Source: Abditibacteriaceae bacterium
GTDB taxonomy: Bacteria > Armatimonadota > Abditibacteriia > Abditibacteriales > Abditibacteriaceae
NCBI GenBank assembly: GCA_965277285.1
Contig: OZ255721.1
Coordinates: 32,001-96,000, forward strand
Length of the DNA stretch: 64,000 nucleotides
Direction: 5' to 3'
Shown piece after piece: positions 1 to 10,109 of the stretch. Made by a program: the position numbers and the translations under genes. A model generated the notes under the pieces. That model did no database searches and was not told the DNA's origin. It was given only the letters and a program-made list of their open reading frames with translations. Numbering within the stretch: the stretch's first letter is position 1; each line of letters begins with the position of its first letter.

Positions 1-78
1 GGCTCCGATAATAGTACCAATGAGGCCGATTGAAAAAATCCATCCTGTAAGGCTGCTCATTTTGAATTCTTCGGACAT
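1..78 (-). CDS. Possible 5' end of a membrane protein running off the window
   Basis: ATG at 78 preceded by AAGGT; MSEEFKMSSLTGWIFSIGLIGTIIG is open to the window edge. Confidence 0.3.
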   Translation of the reverse strand, partial: MSEEFKMSSLTGWIFSIGLIGTIIGA

Positions 79-219
79 GATTTACCTTATAGCATATCCA
101 GCAAAGCCGCACAGCAGGCGAACTATGTCTCTACTGCAGCATCGCTGTCTTATCTTCTGTATTAATCACATTCCAAACTGTTTTCATGAGGTGCAGGACG
201 AGGGCGCGTTCGTAGGGCA

Positions 220-681
220 TCAGGGCGTTGAGGTGGTTGGCGATGAGTTAGCTTCTGTCGCTTTTTCATTAGGAAAACGGGATCCCGCAGATTCCTGTTG
301 CTCATATTGTTCCTGGAGAATCACACGGTTTCTTCCGGCGCTTTTAGCCGCATACAAGGCGAGATCAGCCCGCAATAACAGCTCTTGCGGCTCTCCCGAC
401 ACCCATGTCGCTGCGCCAAAACTGGCCGTCACCGACGTGTTTCCCCACGCATATTCTGCAATCGTGCGGCGTATTCGCTCAGCCACCTGCCAGGCACCAA
501 CGCTTCCCGTGTTCGGCAAAATCAAAGCGAATTCCTCGCCGCCATAGCGGGCGCAAAAATCTCGTCCGAGCGATTCCTGATGCATTAGGCGACCAATCAC
601 GCGCAGAACTTCATCGCCCGAAGCGTGACCAAACGTGTCATTATAATGCTTGAAGTGATCGAGGTCGAAAAACATTCCAAG
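220..681 (-). pseudogene. Diguanylate cyclase (GGDEF domain) C-terminal fragment, 5' part removed by IS insertion
   Basis: DLDHFKHYNDTFGH..GD, RYGGEEF and ADLALYAAK..GRN motifs; abuts IS5 transposase 3' end. Confidence 0.85.
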
Positions 682-1004
682 CAGTCTCATAAATAGCATT
701 TGAGCAAAATCTTGATGCAAGCGAGGTGAACGAACCCCAAATAGTTCTCTGGATAAAAGTCAAAGCGAATGAGCACACGCCGAAAGTTTTGCAGCCAAGC
801 AAAGAGCCGTTCGATTTTCCAGCGCCGTTTATAACGGCGCAGTGGCCTTCCATCTTGTGTTTTGTTTTCCGGCTTACGATTTTTGCGGTGCGGCGCAATC
901 ATCTCAACGCCTTCTGCTTTTAATTGCTCATCAAGTTTGTCGCTGTCGTAGGCTTTATCACCAATCAGGTGCTGGGGCCATTCATCCACGAGAGTTTGCT
1001 CCAG
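682..1004 (-). mobile_element. IS5-family (IS427-like) remnant, transposase C-terminal part (ORF 687-989)
   Basis: GDKAYDSD and [24 protein letters not shown] motifs; N-terminal half missing; boundaries approximate. Confidence 0.8.
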
Positions 1005-1514
1005 TGGAGTTCACCCTTTAATGTGGACAATCAGTTAAGCATGGATTGCTCGTAGTCGTGTGGGCTGAGGTAGCCCAGTGCTGAATGTCTTCGTTTTCGA
1101 TTGTAGAAGACTTCGATGTAGTAAAACAGGCTGGCTTTGGCCTGCTCGTGCGTCAGATAGTTTTCTCGATGCACCTCCTCTTTTTTGAGAGTGGCAAAGA
1201 AGCTTTCAAGAGGCGCATTATCCCAGCAGTTTCCCCGACGACTCATGCTGCACACGATGCTCTGTTCCTTCAACCGCTCCTGATAGGCGTTTGCCGCGTA
1301 TTGGCTGCCCTGGTCACTGTGAAAGAGCAGTGGCTCGGTAACTTCTGCTGAGAATCGGCGACCAAGGGCCATTTCCAATGCTTCATGCACTAATGTCTGC
1401 TCCAAAGTATCTTTCATGCTCCAGCCGATGACCTTGCGGCTTTTCAGGTCGAGCACCACTGCCACATACAGCCAGCCCTGCGCGGTTGGAACATAGGTGA
1501 TGTCTCCGGCCCAT
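1005..1514 (-). mobile_element. IS3-family remnant, OrfB C-terminal integrase core (ORF 1031-1465, frame extends to about 1514)
   Basis: WAGDITYVPT..GWLYVAVVLDL, HSDQGSQY, GNCWDNAPLESFFATLKKE, YNRKRRHSALGYLSP. Confidence 0.85.
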
Positions 1515-1540
1515 CGAGGTGCTCCCCTGAGGTATACCAG

Positions 1541-2356
1541 TCAAAGGGTAAGATTCTGCTGTTGTCGGTCGTAGTTTTGTGCCCACGTATCGGGCGGTAA
1601 ATAACCCAAGCTCGAATGCGGCCTTTCGCTATTGTAACTGATGCGCCACGCTTCGATAATCTCTCTGGCTTCTTGCAAACTGCTAAACCACTCCTGATCC
1701 AGACATTCGGCGCGAAAGCGCCCGTTGAAGGACTCGATCTGCCCGTTTTGCGTTGGCTTGCCGGGCTCGATAAAATCCAGCTTCACGTTGTTCGCATATG
1801 CCCACAAATCAAGAATCTTGCTCCTGAACTCCGAGCCATTATCGACGCGAATCACCTGCGGCACGCCCTGTTTCTGCTTGACGGATTCGAGCAAGCGCAC
1901 CACACGCTGGGCCGTCAAACTGGTGTCCACTTCCTGACCCAGACATTGCCGGGTAAACGCCTCGGTCAGGTTCAAGGTGCGAAAGCTGCGCCCGTCGCTC
2001 AAACGGTCGTGAATGAAGTCCATTTGCCAGCGCTGGTTGGGCGCTGTGACTGGCGCTGACGGACCGCGCTTTTCGCACTTGAGATGTCTTTTGTGTTTGG
2101 GACGCAACCCCAGCTTCTCTTCGCGGTAAAGTCGCAACGTTTTCTTGTGGTTGACCCTCCAACCCTGAAGACGCAGGCGACCATGCAACAGGCGATAACC
2201 CCAGGCCGGTTCCTTTTCGGCCAGTTGTCGCAATGCCTCACGCAAAGCCGCATCGTCACCCCGTTTTGACACATGACGCGCACTGTTGCGGTTACAACTG
2301 ACCAACCGACACGCCCGCCGCTGTAGGTAACTGTGCTGTTGTTGCAAATGCTGCAC
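1541..2356 (-). CDS. IS3-family transposase OrfB (rve integrase)
   Basis: WQMDFIHD, RVDNGSEF, PGKPTQNGQIESFNGRFRAECL, RPHSSLGYLPP; probably joined to OrfA by a -1 frameshift. Confidence 0.9.
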   Translation of the reverse strand: MQHLQQQHSYLQRRACRLVSCNRNSARHVSKRGDDAALREALRQLAEKEPAWGYRLLHGRLRLQGWRVNHKKTLRLYREEKLGLRPKHKRHLKCEKRGPSAPVTAPNQRWQMDFIHDRLSDGRSFRTLNLTEAFTRQCLGQEVDTSLTAQRVVRLLESVKQKQGVPQVIRVDNGSEFRSKILDLWAYANNVKLDFIEPGKPTQNGQIESFNGRFRAECLDQEWFSSLQEAREIIEAWRISYNSERPHSSLGYLPPDTWAQNYDRQQQNLTL

Positions 2357-2379
2357 AGCCCCTTTCCTGGCAGCGGGCT

Positions 2380-2643
2380 TTACCAGTTTTTTGAGAGCAG
2401 ATCCTTCAACGCCACAACATCCATCGCTTGCTCGGCCACAATGCGTTTGAGTTTGGCATTCTCGGCTTCGAGTTGACGCAGGCGCTGGGCTTCACTTACC
2501 TTCAAGCCGCCGTATTTGCCCTTCCACGCCGAAAACGTCTTGGGACTGATGTTTTGTTCGCGGCAAATCTCAACCACGCTGCGACCACTTTCCTGCTGCT
2601 TCAAAAATCCGATGATCTGCTCTTCGCTGAATCGACTTTTCAT
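2380..2643 (-). CDS. IS3-family transposase OrfA (HTH)
   Basis: MKSRFSEEQIIGFLK...KYGG...RLRQLEAENAKLKRIVAEQ...LLSKNW; AGGAGG RBS. Confidence 0.9.
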   Translation of the reverse strand: MKSRFSEEQIIGFLKQQESGRSVVEICREQNISPKTFSAWKGKYGGLKVSEAQRLRQLEAENAKLKRIVAEQAMDVVALKDLLSKNW

Positions 2644-2711
2644 CTGTTCCTCTCCTGAAAACTTCAGAGAATCGGAACCTTATTCTGGCATACTTTCAGG
2701 GGAACACGTCA

Positions 2712-3728
2712 GGCAACGGTTCGAAGCTTCTGACCTACCTTCGCCAGCAGTGCCAGAGCACCTTCGGGTTCAATCTCTACATAATGGTCTCGCGCGACTG
2801 GGTGGTCAACGATCCTTCGAGCGATACCCCGTCCATCGTCGATGCCGTTTATCCGTGGTTTACTCCAGTGCCAGGCGCTAATTACTCCTCATGGAATACC
2901 AACACATGGAACGGCGTGACAACTGGCTGTGTCGTGCCTCAGTTCCATATCTCCAGCAATGCCGATGCAAATCAAAGCACCTGGGGAGTTGATCCCAATC
3001 ATGGAAATACTTTGATCGCCGGTTTGAACGGCACGATTCAACGAGCTGATGTCGTCTCGACTTTCATTGAAGGGTTCGACGACTATTGGGAGAATGCCAC
3101 CATTTGGCGCGCTCGCAATATCACGGAAACAGGCGCTGCTGTAGCTTATAGCCAAACCTACTACGACTATCCAAACCAGCGCCTCAATATCGTGCGAGCG
3201 CACAGCAACAACCCATTTCCCCCAAACTTGAAAGCCGAAGCCGAAGGCGCCGACTTTGTGAGCGGTGGCATCTCGACGACTCACGGCTTGTATCGCAACG
3301 GTAATATCTCAGTGCAAAAAACCACGGATCGGTTCGGAGGTTGGAATGTTTGCTCCACACAAACCGGACAAATGCTGCGATGGCTCGATGTGCCGCTCCA
3401 GGGAACGATGCGCTTCAAAGTGCGCGCCGCCACCGCCTTGGCTGGACGCAAACTTCATTTCGTTATTGATGGAGTCACTTATCCCGCCGTCAACATGCCC
3501 ACGACTGGTGGCTGGCAGATCTGGTCTACCATTGATATGGGCCAATATAGCTTTGCTGCCCAAAGTCGTCACGATGTGCGGCTGGTCTGGGATACAAGCG
3601 GTGTAAACGTGAACTGGTGGCAGATCAAAACGGTCGCTCTTCCCAGTGGCAACTCTAAAATTGTCGCCCAACAAAGACAAAATCATCACCGCGCCGTTCG
3701 TGCTGAAGGTGGGACAGGGCGCCACTGA
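2712..3728 (+). pseudogene. 5'-truncated carbohydrate-active protein (DUF5010-like region plus CBM6-like domain)
   Basis: Frame is open from the IS boundary at 2712; EAEGADF and PTTGGWQIW...VNVNWW CBM6-like motifs. Confidence 0.6.
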
Positions 3729-3915
3729 AATAATGGCGCAATCGAGTACTCGATCCGGCGGAAAAACCGCGCAAAACGTGGTTTATACTTGCCGATGCGC
3801 CCCAAAGTGCAAGCGGAAACTCCGGCCAGTTGTCGCAAGTGTGGCATGACGATAGTTCCAAAAGCGTAATGGATCATTGAAGTCATTGCCTGAATGTCAG
3901 TTCTAAAACCGGTTA

Positions 3916-4617
3916 TTGAAAGTTACCATGAGAAAAAGCCTTGAACCAACTGCGCCGCGAAACATGACAAAATTAAACTGGACGCCGTTCGTGATTACCT
4001 TTCTGCTGGGTAGCGGAATGGGAGTTTGCGGGACGCTGACTTATCAGCATTTCAAGGCGCAAGACACGTCTCAAGTGTCGCCGGACAGCGAATCGAGTAC
4101 TCGATCTGCGTCAGGCGGCGTGCCCGCGGAATTGAAGCAAATTGTTCCATCGTTCAATGCGTCGCCAACGACAAATGCGTCGCTGGCGAGCAGTCAAAAT
4201 TCGGCGCAACGGGCTTTGTCGCAAGGCAACGCATTTTACGATGGGCGCAACTGGAATCAGGCGGCGTTGCAATATGAGCAAGCTGTCGCGGGCGGTTTGG
4301 ATAATGCCGATGTGCGAACCGATTTGGGCAATGCTTACCGGTTTTTAGGGCAACCGCAAAAGGCGCTCGAACAATATCGTCGGGCGCAAAAGCAGAACCC
4401 GCAGCACGAGCAAAGTTTGTTCAATCAAGGTGGCTTATATGCGTTTTCGCTCCATGACAACGCCAAAGCGATTGCGAAGTGGCGCGAATACATCCAGCGT
4501 TTTCCGCAGGGCGCGACGGTGGCCGAAGCGCGTCAATTGATTGTGCAAGCACAAAGTGGACAATTGTCAAACCAAACCGATGCGCCCGCAACCGCGTCCG
4601 TGACGCCCAAATCGTAA
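3916..4617 (+). CDS. Membrane-anchored TPR protein
   Basis: N-terminal TM segment; TPR motifs (NADVRTDLGNAY, HEQSLFNQG); true start may be 3928 or 3964. Confidence 0.75.
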   Translation: MKVTMRKSLEPTAPRNMTKLNWTPFVITFLLGSGMGVCGTLTYQHFKAQDTSQVSPDSESSTRSASGGVPAELKQIVPSFNASPTTNASLASSQNSAQRALSQGNAFYDGRNWNQAALQYEQAVAGGLDNADVRTDLGNAYRFLGQPQKALEQYRRAQKQNPQHEQSLFNQGGLYAFSLHDNAKAIAKWREYIQRFPQGATVAEARQLIVQAQSGQLSNQTDAPATASVTPKS

Positions 4618-4731
4618 AAGTCGAGTAACCAGAAGTTAATCGAAACGATGATGAAGATGATGAATAAGAAACAATGAAAATCCCTTAACTGAAAGTAAGG
4701 AATGACATAATTTTACGTTGCTGAAACTGAA

Positions 4732-4902
4732 GAGGGTGTATAGAAAGTCGCAAGGGCAGTAGCAAATGCTCGAAAGTGAAAGTCTGTCATTCTGAGCGCA
4801 GCGAAGAATCTAACTTCGCATATAGATTCTTCGCTGCGCTCAGAACGACAAACTCTTATTTTTGTGGCTTTTTGCTACTTTCGCCCACTTTCCATACACC
4901 TC
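4732..4902. mobile_element. MITE-like element with IS5/IS1031-type ends enclosing a REP doublet
   Basis: Ends GAGGGTGTATAGAAAGT / ACTTTCCATACACCTC resemble the TIR of the IS at 32964-33820; no ORF. Confidence 0.6.
4785..4850. repeat. REP-like doublet, family A (TGTCATTCTGAGCGCAGCGAAGAATCT and inverse)
   Basis: Inverted pair; further copies at 13355-13447, 39695-39758, 43564-43627. Confidence 0.9.
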
Positions 4903-4920
4903 TAACGAGGCAGGCAGAAC

Positions 4921-5410
4921 ATGACTGCTTTTATCAAAACGCCGCCAACTCGGGTCATTGATCCAGTATGCGGCATGACCATTGACACGAGCGAAGCGGC
5001 AGGAACACGCGACTATCAGGGCACGACTTTTTACTTTTGCTCGAAAGATTGCCTGCAAACATTCGACGCTGATCCAAGGCAATTCGCGGGTAAGGCAGCG
5101 GACAGGCAGCCTGAAGGCATCATTACGCAGAATCCTTCGGGCGTCGCTAAGCCAGAAGAGAACGCGCATCGAGTACTCGATGCGCGTTTCCCAGTCGCAA
5201 ATCAGGTTGACCCGCAGCCTGTCCGCAGCGTTGCAAGCGCACGCGCTGATTTGCCGCTACTTGGGATGCACTGCCCGGCGAAAAAGTGCCGGTCGATGGC
5301 GAAGTGGTGGACGGTTCGTCTTCGGTCAACGAAAGCATGCTGACCGGCGAACCTTTGCCTATCGAAAAGAAAGTGGGCGACACGGTTTTCGGCGCGACGC
5401 TGAACGCGAT
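4921..5410 (+). pseudogene. Fragmented CopA-like heavy-metal P-type ATPase (YHS domain, start of HMA, actuator fragment)
   Basis: DPVCGM..FYFCS..C YHS motif; GMHC; in another frame [40 protein letters not shown]. Confidence 0.75.
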
Positions 5411-5479
5411 TTTGCCTTGGGCGCACGGCTACACCTACCGCGAAAATGGCATCGAACGCGCACAACCGCTCATCCGACC

Positions 5480-5722
5480 CAAATTGCGCGGCGCAGCGGC
5501 GCTTTCTACTGGGAACAGTTTCAAAAAGCCAAAGCTCTGGGTATCAACACCGTTTTTGTTGCCATGTTCGATGAAGTCGATGAAGGCACCGCCATTTTCA
5601 AAGTGACCAACACGCCGCCACAGCCAGGCTTTTTCGCCACTTACGAAGGTCAGCCTTCCGACTTTTATCTGCGAATGACCGGCAAAGGCACACGTCTTCT
5701 GCGCAGCGACAGAGCGCCGTAA
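5480..5722 (+). pseudogene. C-terminal fragment of a glycoside hydrolase (GH71/99-like)
   Basis: [11 protein letters not shown]...[16 protein letters not shown]...PSDFYLR motif without an N-terminus. Confidence 0.5.
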
Positions 5723-6063
5723 TTGCCAAGCGTGATTACTCAAGCGCGAATCCGCCCAATGTTTAACAAAAAGGTAATGGATCAACCGAGTGCGTCGATT
5801 AAAAGAACCCCGCGCATAAGCGATGGATGAAACGTAATGAATGAATCAAACTTCTGGTGTTACCCGTCTCTTACGCGCGGGGTTCTTTCTGGGATAGGTT
5901 CAATTTAATTCACCGCCCGAGCTACCAGAAAACGCATGACCAAAGTTGAAGACCGCTGTTGTAGGAACCGCAATGGCGTTGCAATTGGAAATGGCGATGC
6001 GGTTCAATTCTACATCGTCATTCCGCCAATCGAGTACTCGAAAGCCGCACAAAAGGAACCAGA

Positions 6064-6810
6064 ATGTGTCGCATTAAGCGAATACTATTTTTTTACGTGG
6101 CGCTGTGCCTCACTTTGTCGTGCCTTTCCGGTTGTGGTCAAAGGAGGCCCGATGGCCCGGCTTTCGATGTGCCATCGCTCCTCGGCTTGAAAATCTCTGC
6201 GGTGACGGCTCGCTTAGGCCCAGGCCAGGAACTTCCCGCCGCAAATCAGGGAAGCGGACGCAGGCAGTGGATTAAAGACGGTTATGCTTTGCGCGTAGAT
6301 TATCGCCAACGCAGCGAGCGCGTGACAGCATTTCGATTGAGCCTTGATGATCCGCAAAAAACTATTAAGGCCAAAGATCAAAACGAGGTGCTGAGCATGG
6401 CGCGCTTGCAGGGCAGCGACGCGCACTACAGCCTGGAATGGGAAGAAGACCCCGATTCAGTCGAACGCTATCGCAGCCTCCAGATAGTGCCCACGCCGCG
6501 CCAACATCAGGTGACGTTGCGCATGACAGGCCAGAATTTAGGCACCATGACACTGGTACAGTTCGACTTTCGGGTGATAGGCAACAGCGGCGAGAACCCT
6601 GACGAAAGTGGACTGACCTTGGCGCCGTGGGACCGCGAACTGCAGGCGCAGGACGGCACGCAATTGAAATTGGAAGCCGTGCCCAATTATTCGCGTACCG
6701 CTCTGCCCGGCGACGCCTCAGTTACCGTGCAGATCGAAGTGGATGGCCAAATCGTGTCAAAACAAACCGCCTCGGCTGGCGGCGTGGCCTCCTGCGACTG
6801 GGAAATATAA
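6064..6810 (+). CDS. Hypothetical lipoprotein
   Basis: Signal peptide with LSGC lipobox; AAGGA RBS. Confidence 0.65.
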   Translation: MCRIKRILFFYVALCLTLSCLSGCGQRRPDGPAFDVPSLLGLKISAVTARLGPGQELPAANQGSGRRQWIKDGYALRVDYRQRSERVTAFRLSLDDPQKTIKAKDQNEVLSMARLQGSDAHYSLEWEEDPDSVERYRSLQIVPTPRQHQVTLRMTGQNLGTMTLVQFDFRVIGNSGENPDESGLTLAPWDRELQAQDGTQLKLEAVPNYSRTALPGDASVTVQIEVDGQIVSKQTASAGGVASCDWEI

Positions 6811-6959
6811 GGCTGTTGATGAATACTGAGAAGCCGTCATCGTGCGCATAGTTTTGTGCCGGTTGAGCAAGACGCGCCGCCGTCAAGTTGCCGATTTCTA
6901 AAGCTTCTTCGGTCGTATAAAGGTCAATTGTAGTGCTGACAAAGGATGAGCTAAAACCT

Positions 6960-7793
6960 ATGAAACGATTCAAAGCGACACGCCATAAACATCAACTGTT
7001 TGCCTGCGTTATGGCGACAAACGCCTTGGTACTTGGAGGATGGATGTTCGGCCTGGTCTATGTGCCACCAGTTCTGGCGCAATCCGCCGCGCAAATGTTC
7101 GTTCCGCTGCCAGACGATGCGCCCGCAGCTACAGAAATCAACGCTTTCCAGGAAGCGGACAAAAAGCAGATGCCGCCCATTGGCGCGGTGCTGTTCATGG
7201 GTAGCTCGAGTATTCGGATGTGGACTACTTTAGCGCAAGACTTCGCGGAAATTCCCGTCATCAACCGCGGCTTCGGTGGTTCGTTCATTTCGCAGAGTAC
7301 GCTTTATGCCGACCGCATCGCAATTCCCTATAAGCCGAAAATCATCGTCCTGGCCGCAGGCACCAACGATTTGGCCTACGGTAACAGAAATCCTCAACAG
7401 GTTTTTCAGGATTTCAAAGATTTTGTCGCCAAAATTCATGGCGAACTGCCGGACACGCGCATCGTTTACATCTCGATCAATCCCACCGTCGCGCGTTGGA
7501 ACCAGGAAGGCGACATCTTGGATACCAATCATCTCATCGAAAAGTTCATCTTTGAGACCAATTCCAAAACCGAGAAATTGAATTTTATCAACTCGCACGC
7601 CCAAATACTCACAGCCGACGGTCAGCCGCAACCCAACTTGTTGAGAGCCGATGGACTGCATTTCAATACCGAAGGCTACAAATTGTGGACGGCCATCATC
7701 AAGCCGCGCATTATGGTTTTGGCGTCGATAGACGGTGTCAAGCGCTTGGATGATCCGAAGGCTGCTGCAGAGACCGCACCGATGCCGAAGTAA
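6960..7793 (+). CDS. SGNH/GDSL-family hydrolase
   Basis: FMGSSSIRMW, NRGFGGS, AGTNDL, DGLHFN..GY blocks. Confidence 0.85.
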   Translation: MKRFKATRHKHQLFACVMATNALVLGGWMFGLVYVPPVLAQSAAQMFVPLPDDAPAATEINAFQEADKKQMPPIGAVLFMGSSSIRMWTTLAQDFAEIPVINRGFGGSFISQSTLYADRIAIPYKPKIIVLAAGTNDLAYGNRNPQQVFQDFKDFVAKIHGELPDTRIVYISINPTVARWNQEGDILDTNHLIEKFIFETNSKTEKLNFINSHAQILTADGQPQPNLLRADGLHFNTEGYKLWTAIIKPRIMVLASIDGVKRLDDPKAAAETAPMPK

Positions 7794-7836
7794 ATGCGTT
7801 GAAGTAGAGCAGGGCATAGTAAAAACAGTAACACGC

Positions 7837-7870
7837 ACTGTAGGCGGTCGAGTGCAGCGCCTTGTTGTGC
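7837..7870 (-). repeat. Left half of an attC-like site (right half degenerate)
   Basis: Minus strand GCACAAC-AAGGC-GCTGCAC-TCGACCGCC follows the R''-spacer-L'' layout downstream of the cassette gene. Confidence 0.5.
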
Positions 7871-7966
7871 TGGGATGTTGCGTTTCTCTTAACTAACCAG
7901 TGGTGGGGTCTACCATGTGCCTGCGAGTTGACTCGCAGGGCAACTGCAACCCGCACTATTGGTTAC

Positions 7967-8368
7967 CTACTTTATTTTGCTGAACGCTATGCCTTGATCT
8001 GGGTCAACTACTATTTGTGGCTTACCTTCAAGAAACACCTTTTCCACCGAGTAACTCGTTCCAACACGCTCGACTCGTGGTTTGACAGGAGGCTCCAAAT
8101 CATCATAAGACAAACGGTTATCTATATCAATCTGATTATTTGAACTGTCAAACGTCCATTTGCCTGACGCCGTGTATTTCTTTCTTGCCTTCGTTATCAA
8201 CACTTGGGAAGAAGTGCCATCAGCCTTTAAAACCAAAGTACTTGCACCGAGCGGATTATTGTCTTTATACGTGCCGACAATATCGCCGTTGCTCAAGGTT
8301 GATGAGCAGCCTGAAATCAGCGTGACCAACCCACAAGCGAATATTAACGCTGATTTCCTCATAATCAA
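7967..8368 (-). CDS. Small lipoprotein, probable integron cassette gene
   Basis: ISGC lipobox; visibly AT-richer than neighbours; flanked by attC-like sites. Confidence 0.7.
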   Translation of the reverse strand: MIMRKSALIFACGLVTLISGCSSTLSNGDIVGTYKDNNPLGASTLVLKADGTSSQVLITKARKKYTASGKWTFDSSNNQIDIDNRLSYDDLEPPVKPRVERVGTSYSVEKVFLEGKPQIVVDPDQGIAFSKIK

Positions 8369-8402
8369 ATTGTATCAATTCCCATCTGAGCCGCGCGCAT
8401 CA

Positions 8403-8463
8403 ACACAACATTTAGTTCAGCCGCGTGGGCCGTATCCGCGTCGACTGCAACGGTTTGTTAAGT
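8403..8463 (-). repeat. attC-like recombination site
   Basis: Minus strand ACTTAAC-AAACC-GTTGCAG...CTGAAC-TAAAT-GTTGTGT: R''/L''/L'/R' boxes, one extra base in L'', paired central stem. Confidence 0.65.
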
Positions 8464-8770
8464 TGCAGTGTCCGGTCGTTTCAGTGTGACACGGACTTTG
8501 AAACTTTGCTGCCCTTTCAACCCTCAAGCTGTCCCGGCGGTGTGGTTGAACATTCGTTGCAACCACACCAAGAGGATTGAAGACTTTTCGAGTACTCGCA
8601 GATCATTGTGCGTGATGGAAAGGTCAGAAATCCCGACGCGTGCTTTTGCTTCAAAGCTTGTTCCGACTTTGCGCGAGTAAATCCAAAAAGTGCGTGAATC
8701 GCACCAGGGCGCTACCGTCGAAAGTCCGCTCGATTGTTAACGGTGTGCGTGTTTAGCATTTGCAACCATT

Positions 8771-9487
8771 TCACTTGGCGTGACAAACCGTCGTGCCGAC
8801 GTTTTCGCCCAGGCAGGCGCGCGTGATGTTGCCGTCCACTTCCATGTTGAAAACTACAATCGGAATGTTGTTGTCCGACGACAATGTAACAGCGGTCGAA
8901 TCGAGTACTCGAATGCCGCGTTCCAAGACTTCAGCGTAGGTTAGCGTATCGAAACGCACGGCGTCGGCGAACTTTTGCGGATCGCGGTCGAAAACGCCAT
9001 CCACGTCGGTCGCCTTGAAGATCGCCTGCGCGCCAATCTGCGCGGCTCGTAAAACCGCTGCGGTATCGGTTGTGAAAAACGGGTTGCCCGTTCCGGCTGC
9101 AAACAAAACGACGCGGCCTTTTTCCAGATGGCGCGTGGCGCGGCGCGGAATAAACGGCTCGGCGATCTCTTTCATTTCGATGGCGGACAAAACGCGCGTC
9201 GTGACACCGGCGCGTTCGAGATAATCTTGCAACGCAAGAGAGTTCTGCACCGTCGCCAGCATTCCCATGTAATCGGCCATCGCTCTGTCCATGCCCTGAT
9301 CGACGGCAGCTTTCATGCCTCTGAAAATGTTGCCGCCTCCGGTCACAATCGCCAGTTCGACGCCGCTATCGCGCACCGAGCGAATTTCTTGCGCGATGCG
9401 CTTCAAAACCGTTCCGTCGAGGCCAAAACCGGCTTCTCCCGCTAACGCTTCGCCGGAGATTTTCAGTAAAATACGCTTATATTTCAT
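8771..9487 (-). CDS. pyrH: UMP kinase
   Basis: [30 protein letters not shown] motifs. Confidence 0.98.
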   Translation of the reverse strand: MKYKRILLKISGEALAGEAGFGLDGTVLKRIAQEIRSVRDSGVELAIVTGGGNIFRGMKAAVDQGMDRAMADYMGMLATVQNSLALQDYLERAGVTTRVLSAIEMKEIAEPFIPRRATRHLEKGRVVLFAAGTGNPFFTTDTAAVLRAAQIGAQAIFKATDVDGVFDRDPQKFADAVRFDTLTYAEVLERGIRVLDSTAVTLSSDNNIPIVVFNMEVDGNITRACLGENVGTTVCHAK

Positions 9488-9512
9488 AATAAAAGTTGAT
9501 GTTCCTTTCCAA

Positions 9513-10007
9513 ATGCAAACTCTTAAACGCTATCGAGTACTCGTTGTCGTCGCGTTGCTGGCTGCGCTTTATCTCGGTTGGCGATTGACGCGCCCGCCGC
9601 TGTCGCCCGAACAACAAATTCGCGTCAACATGGACGGCGTGACGCAGGCGATCCAGAACACCTCGCCGCGCAATATTCTGGGTTATCTGTCACCCGATTT
9701 TCAATGGAATCGTACCAAGCGCGACGAGGTCGAGCAAATGGTGCGCGAAGCCAGTGTCAGCGCGACCGATGTTCAGATCACGCGCTCGGGCGAACGCATC
9801 CAGGTGCGCGGCAATGAAGCGACCGTGACTGGCGACTTTCGCCTGAGTTACCGCCTGCTCCAGGAATCGCGCGAAACGCCGCCGCATACCAGCGTCGGAC
9901 AATACTCGGTTTTGTGGCAAAAACGCAACGGCGACTGGAAAATTGTCCAGGTTCAAGGCGGCGAAAACAGCGCCAACAACGCGCCTTCCGCCGATCCGAT
10001 ATTCTAA
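9513..10007 (+). CDS. Membrane-anchored NTF2/SnoaL-like (DUF4440-type) protein
   Basis: N-terminal TM; C-terminal [11 protein letters not shown] typical of NTF2-like folds; start at 9513 avoids overlap with pyrH. Confidence 0.6.
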   Translation: MQTLKRYRVLVVVALLAALYLGWRLTRPPLSPEQQIRVNMDGVTQAIQNTSPRNILGYLSPDFQWNRTKRDEVEQMVREASVSATDVQITRSGERIQVRGNEATVTGDFRLSYRLLQESRETPPHTSVGQYSVLWQKRNGDWKIVQVQGGENSANNAPSADPIF

Positions 10008-10011
10008 TTTG

Positions 10012-10108
10012 AACCGCAAAGACGCGGAGGCGCAGAGAAGAACTTGAGTTATGTAAGAGCAGAACTCGATGGATCGAGTACTAGATTGCTCTTTTCTACG
10101 TCTCTGCG
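10012..10108. repeat. Imperfect inverted repeat, family D (AACCGC/ACC..GAG type) between convergent genes
   Basis: AGACGCGGAGGCGCAGAG ... CTCTACGTCTCTGCG; related arms at 39643-39839 and 43502-43680. Confidence 0.5.
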
Positions 10109-10109
10109 A

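Larger units (their letters stand above)
1515..2711 (-). mobile_element. Complete IS3-family element (IS407-like), about 1.2 kb
   Basis: Imperfect terminal inverted repeats CGAGGTGCTCCCCTGAGGTATACCAG / CTGGCATACTTTCAGGGGAACACGTCA enclosing orfA and orfB. Confidence 0.9.

Noticed and set aside
4776..4961. Small ORFs containing CHSERSEES (also at 13310-13525)
   Set aside because: They are translations of REP family A, not genes.
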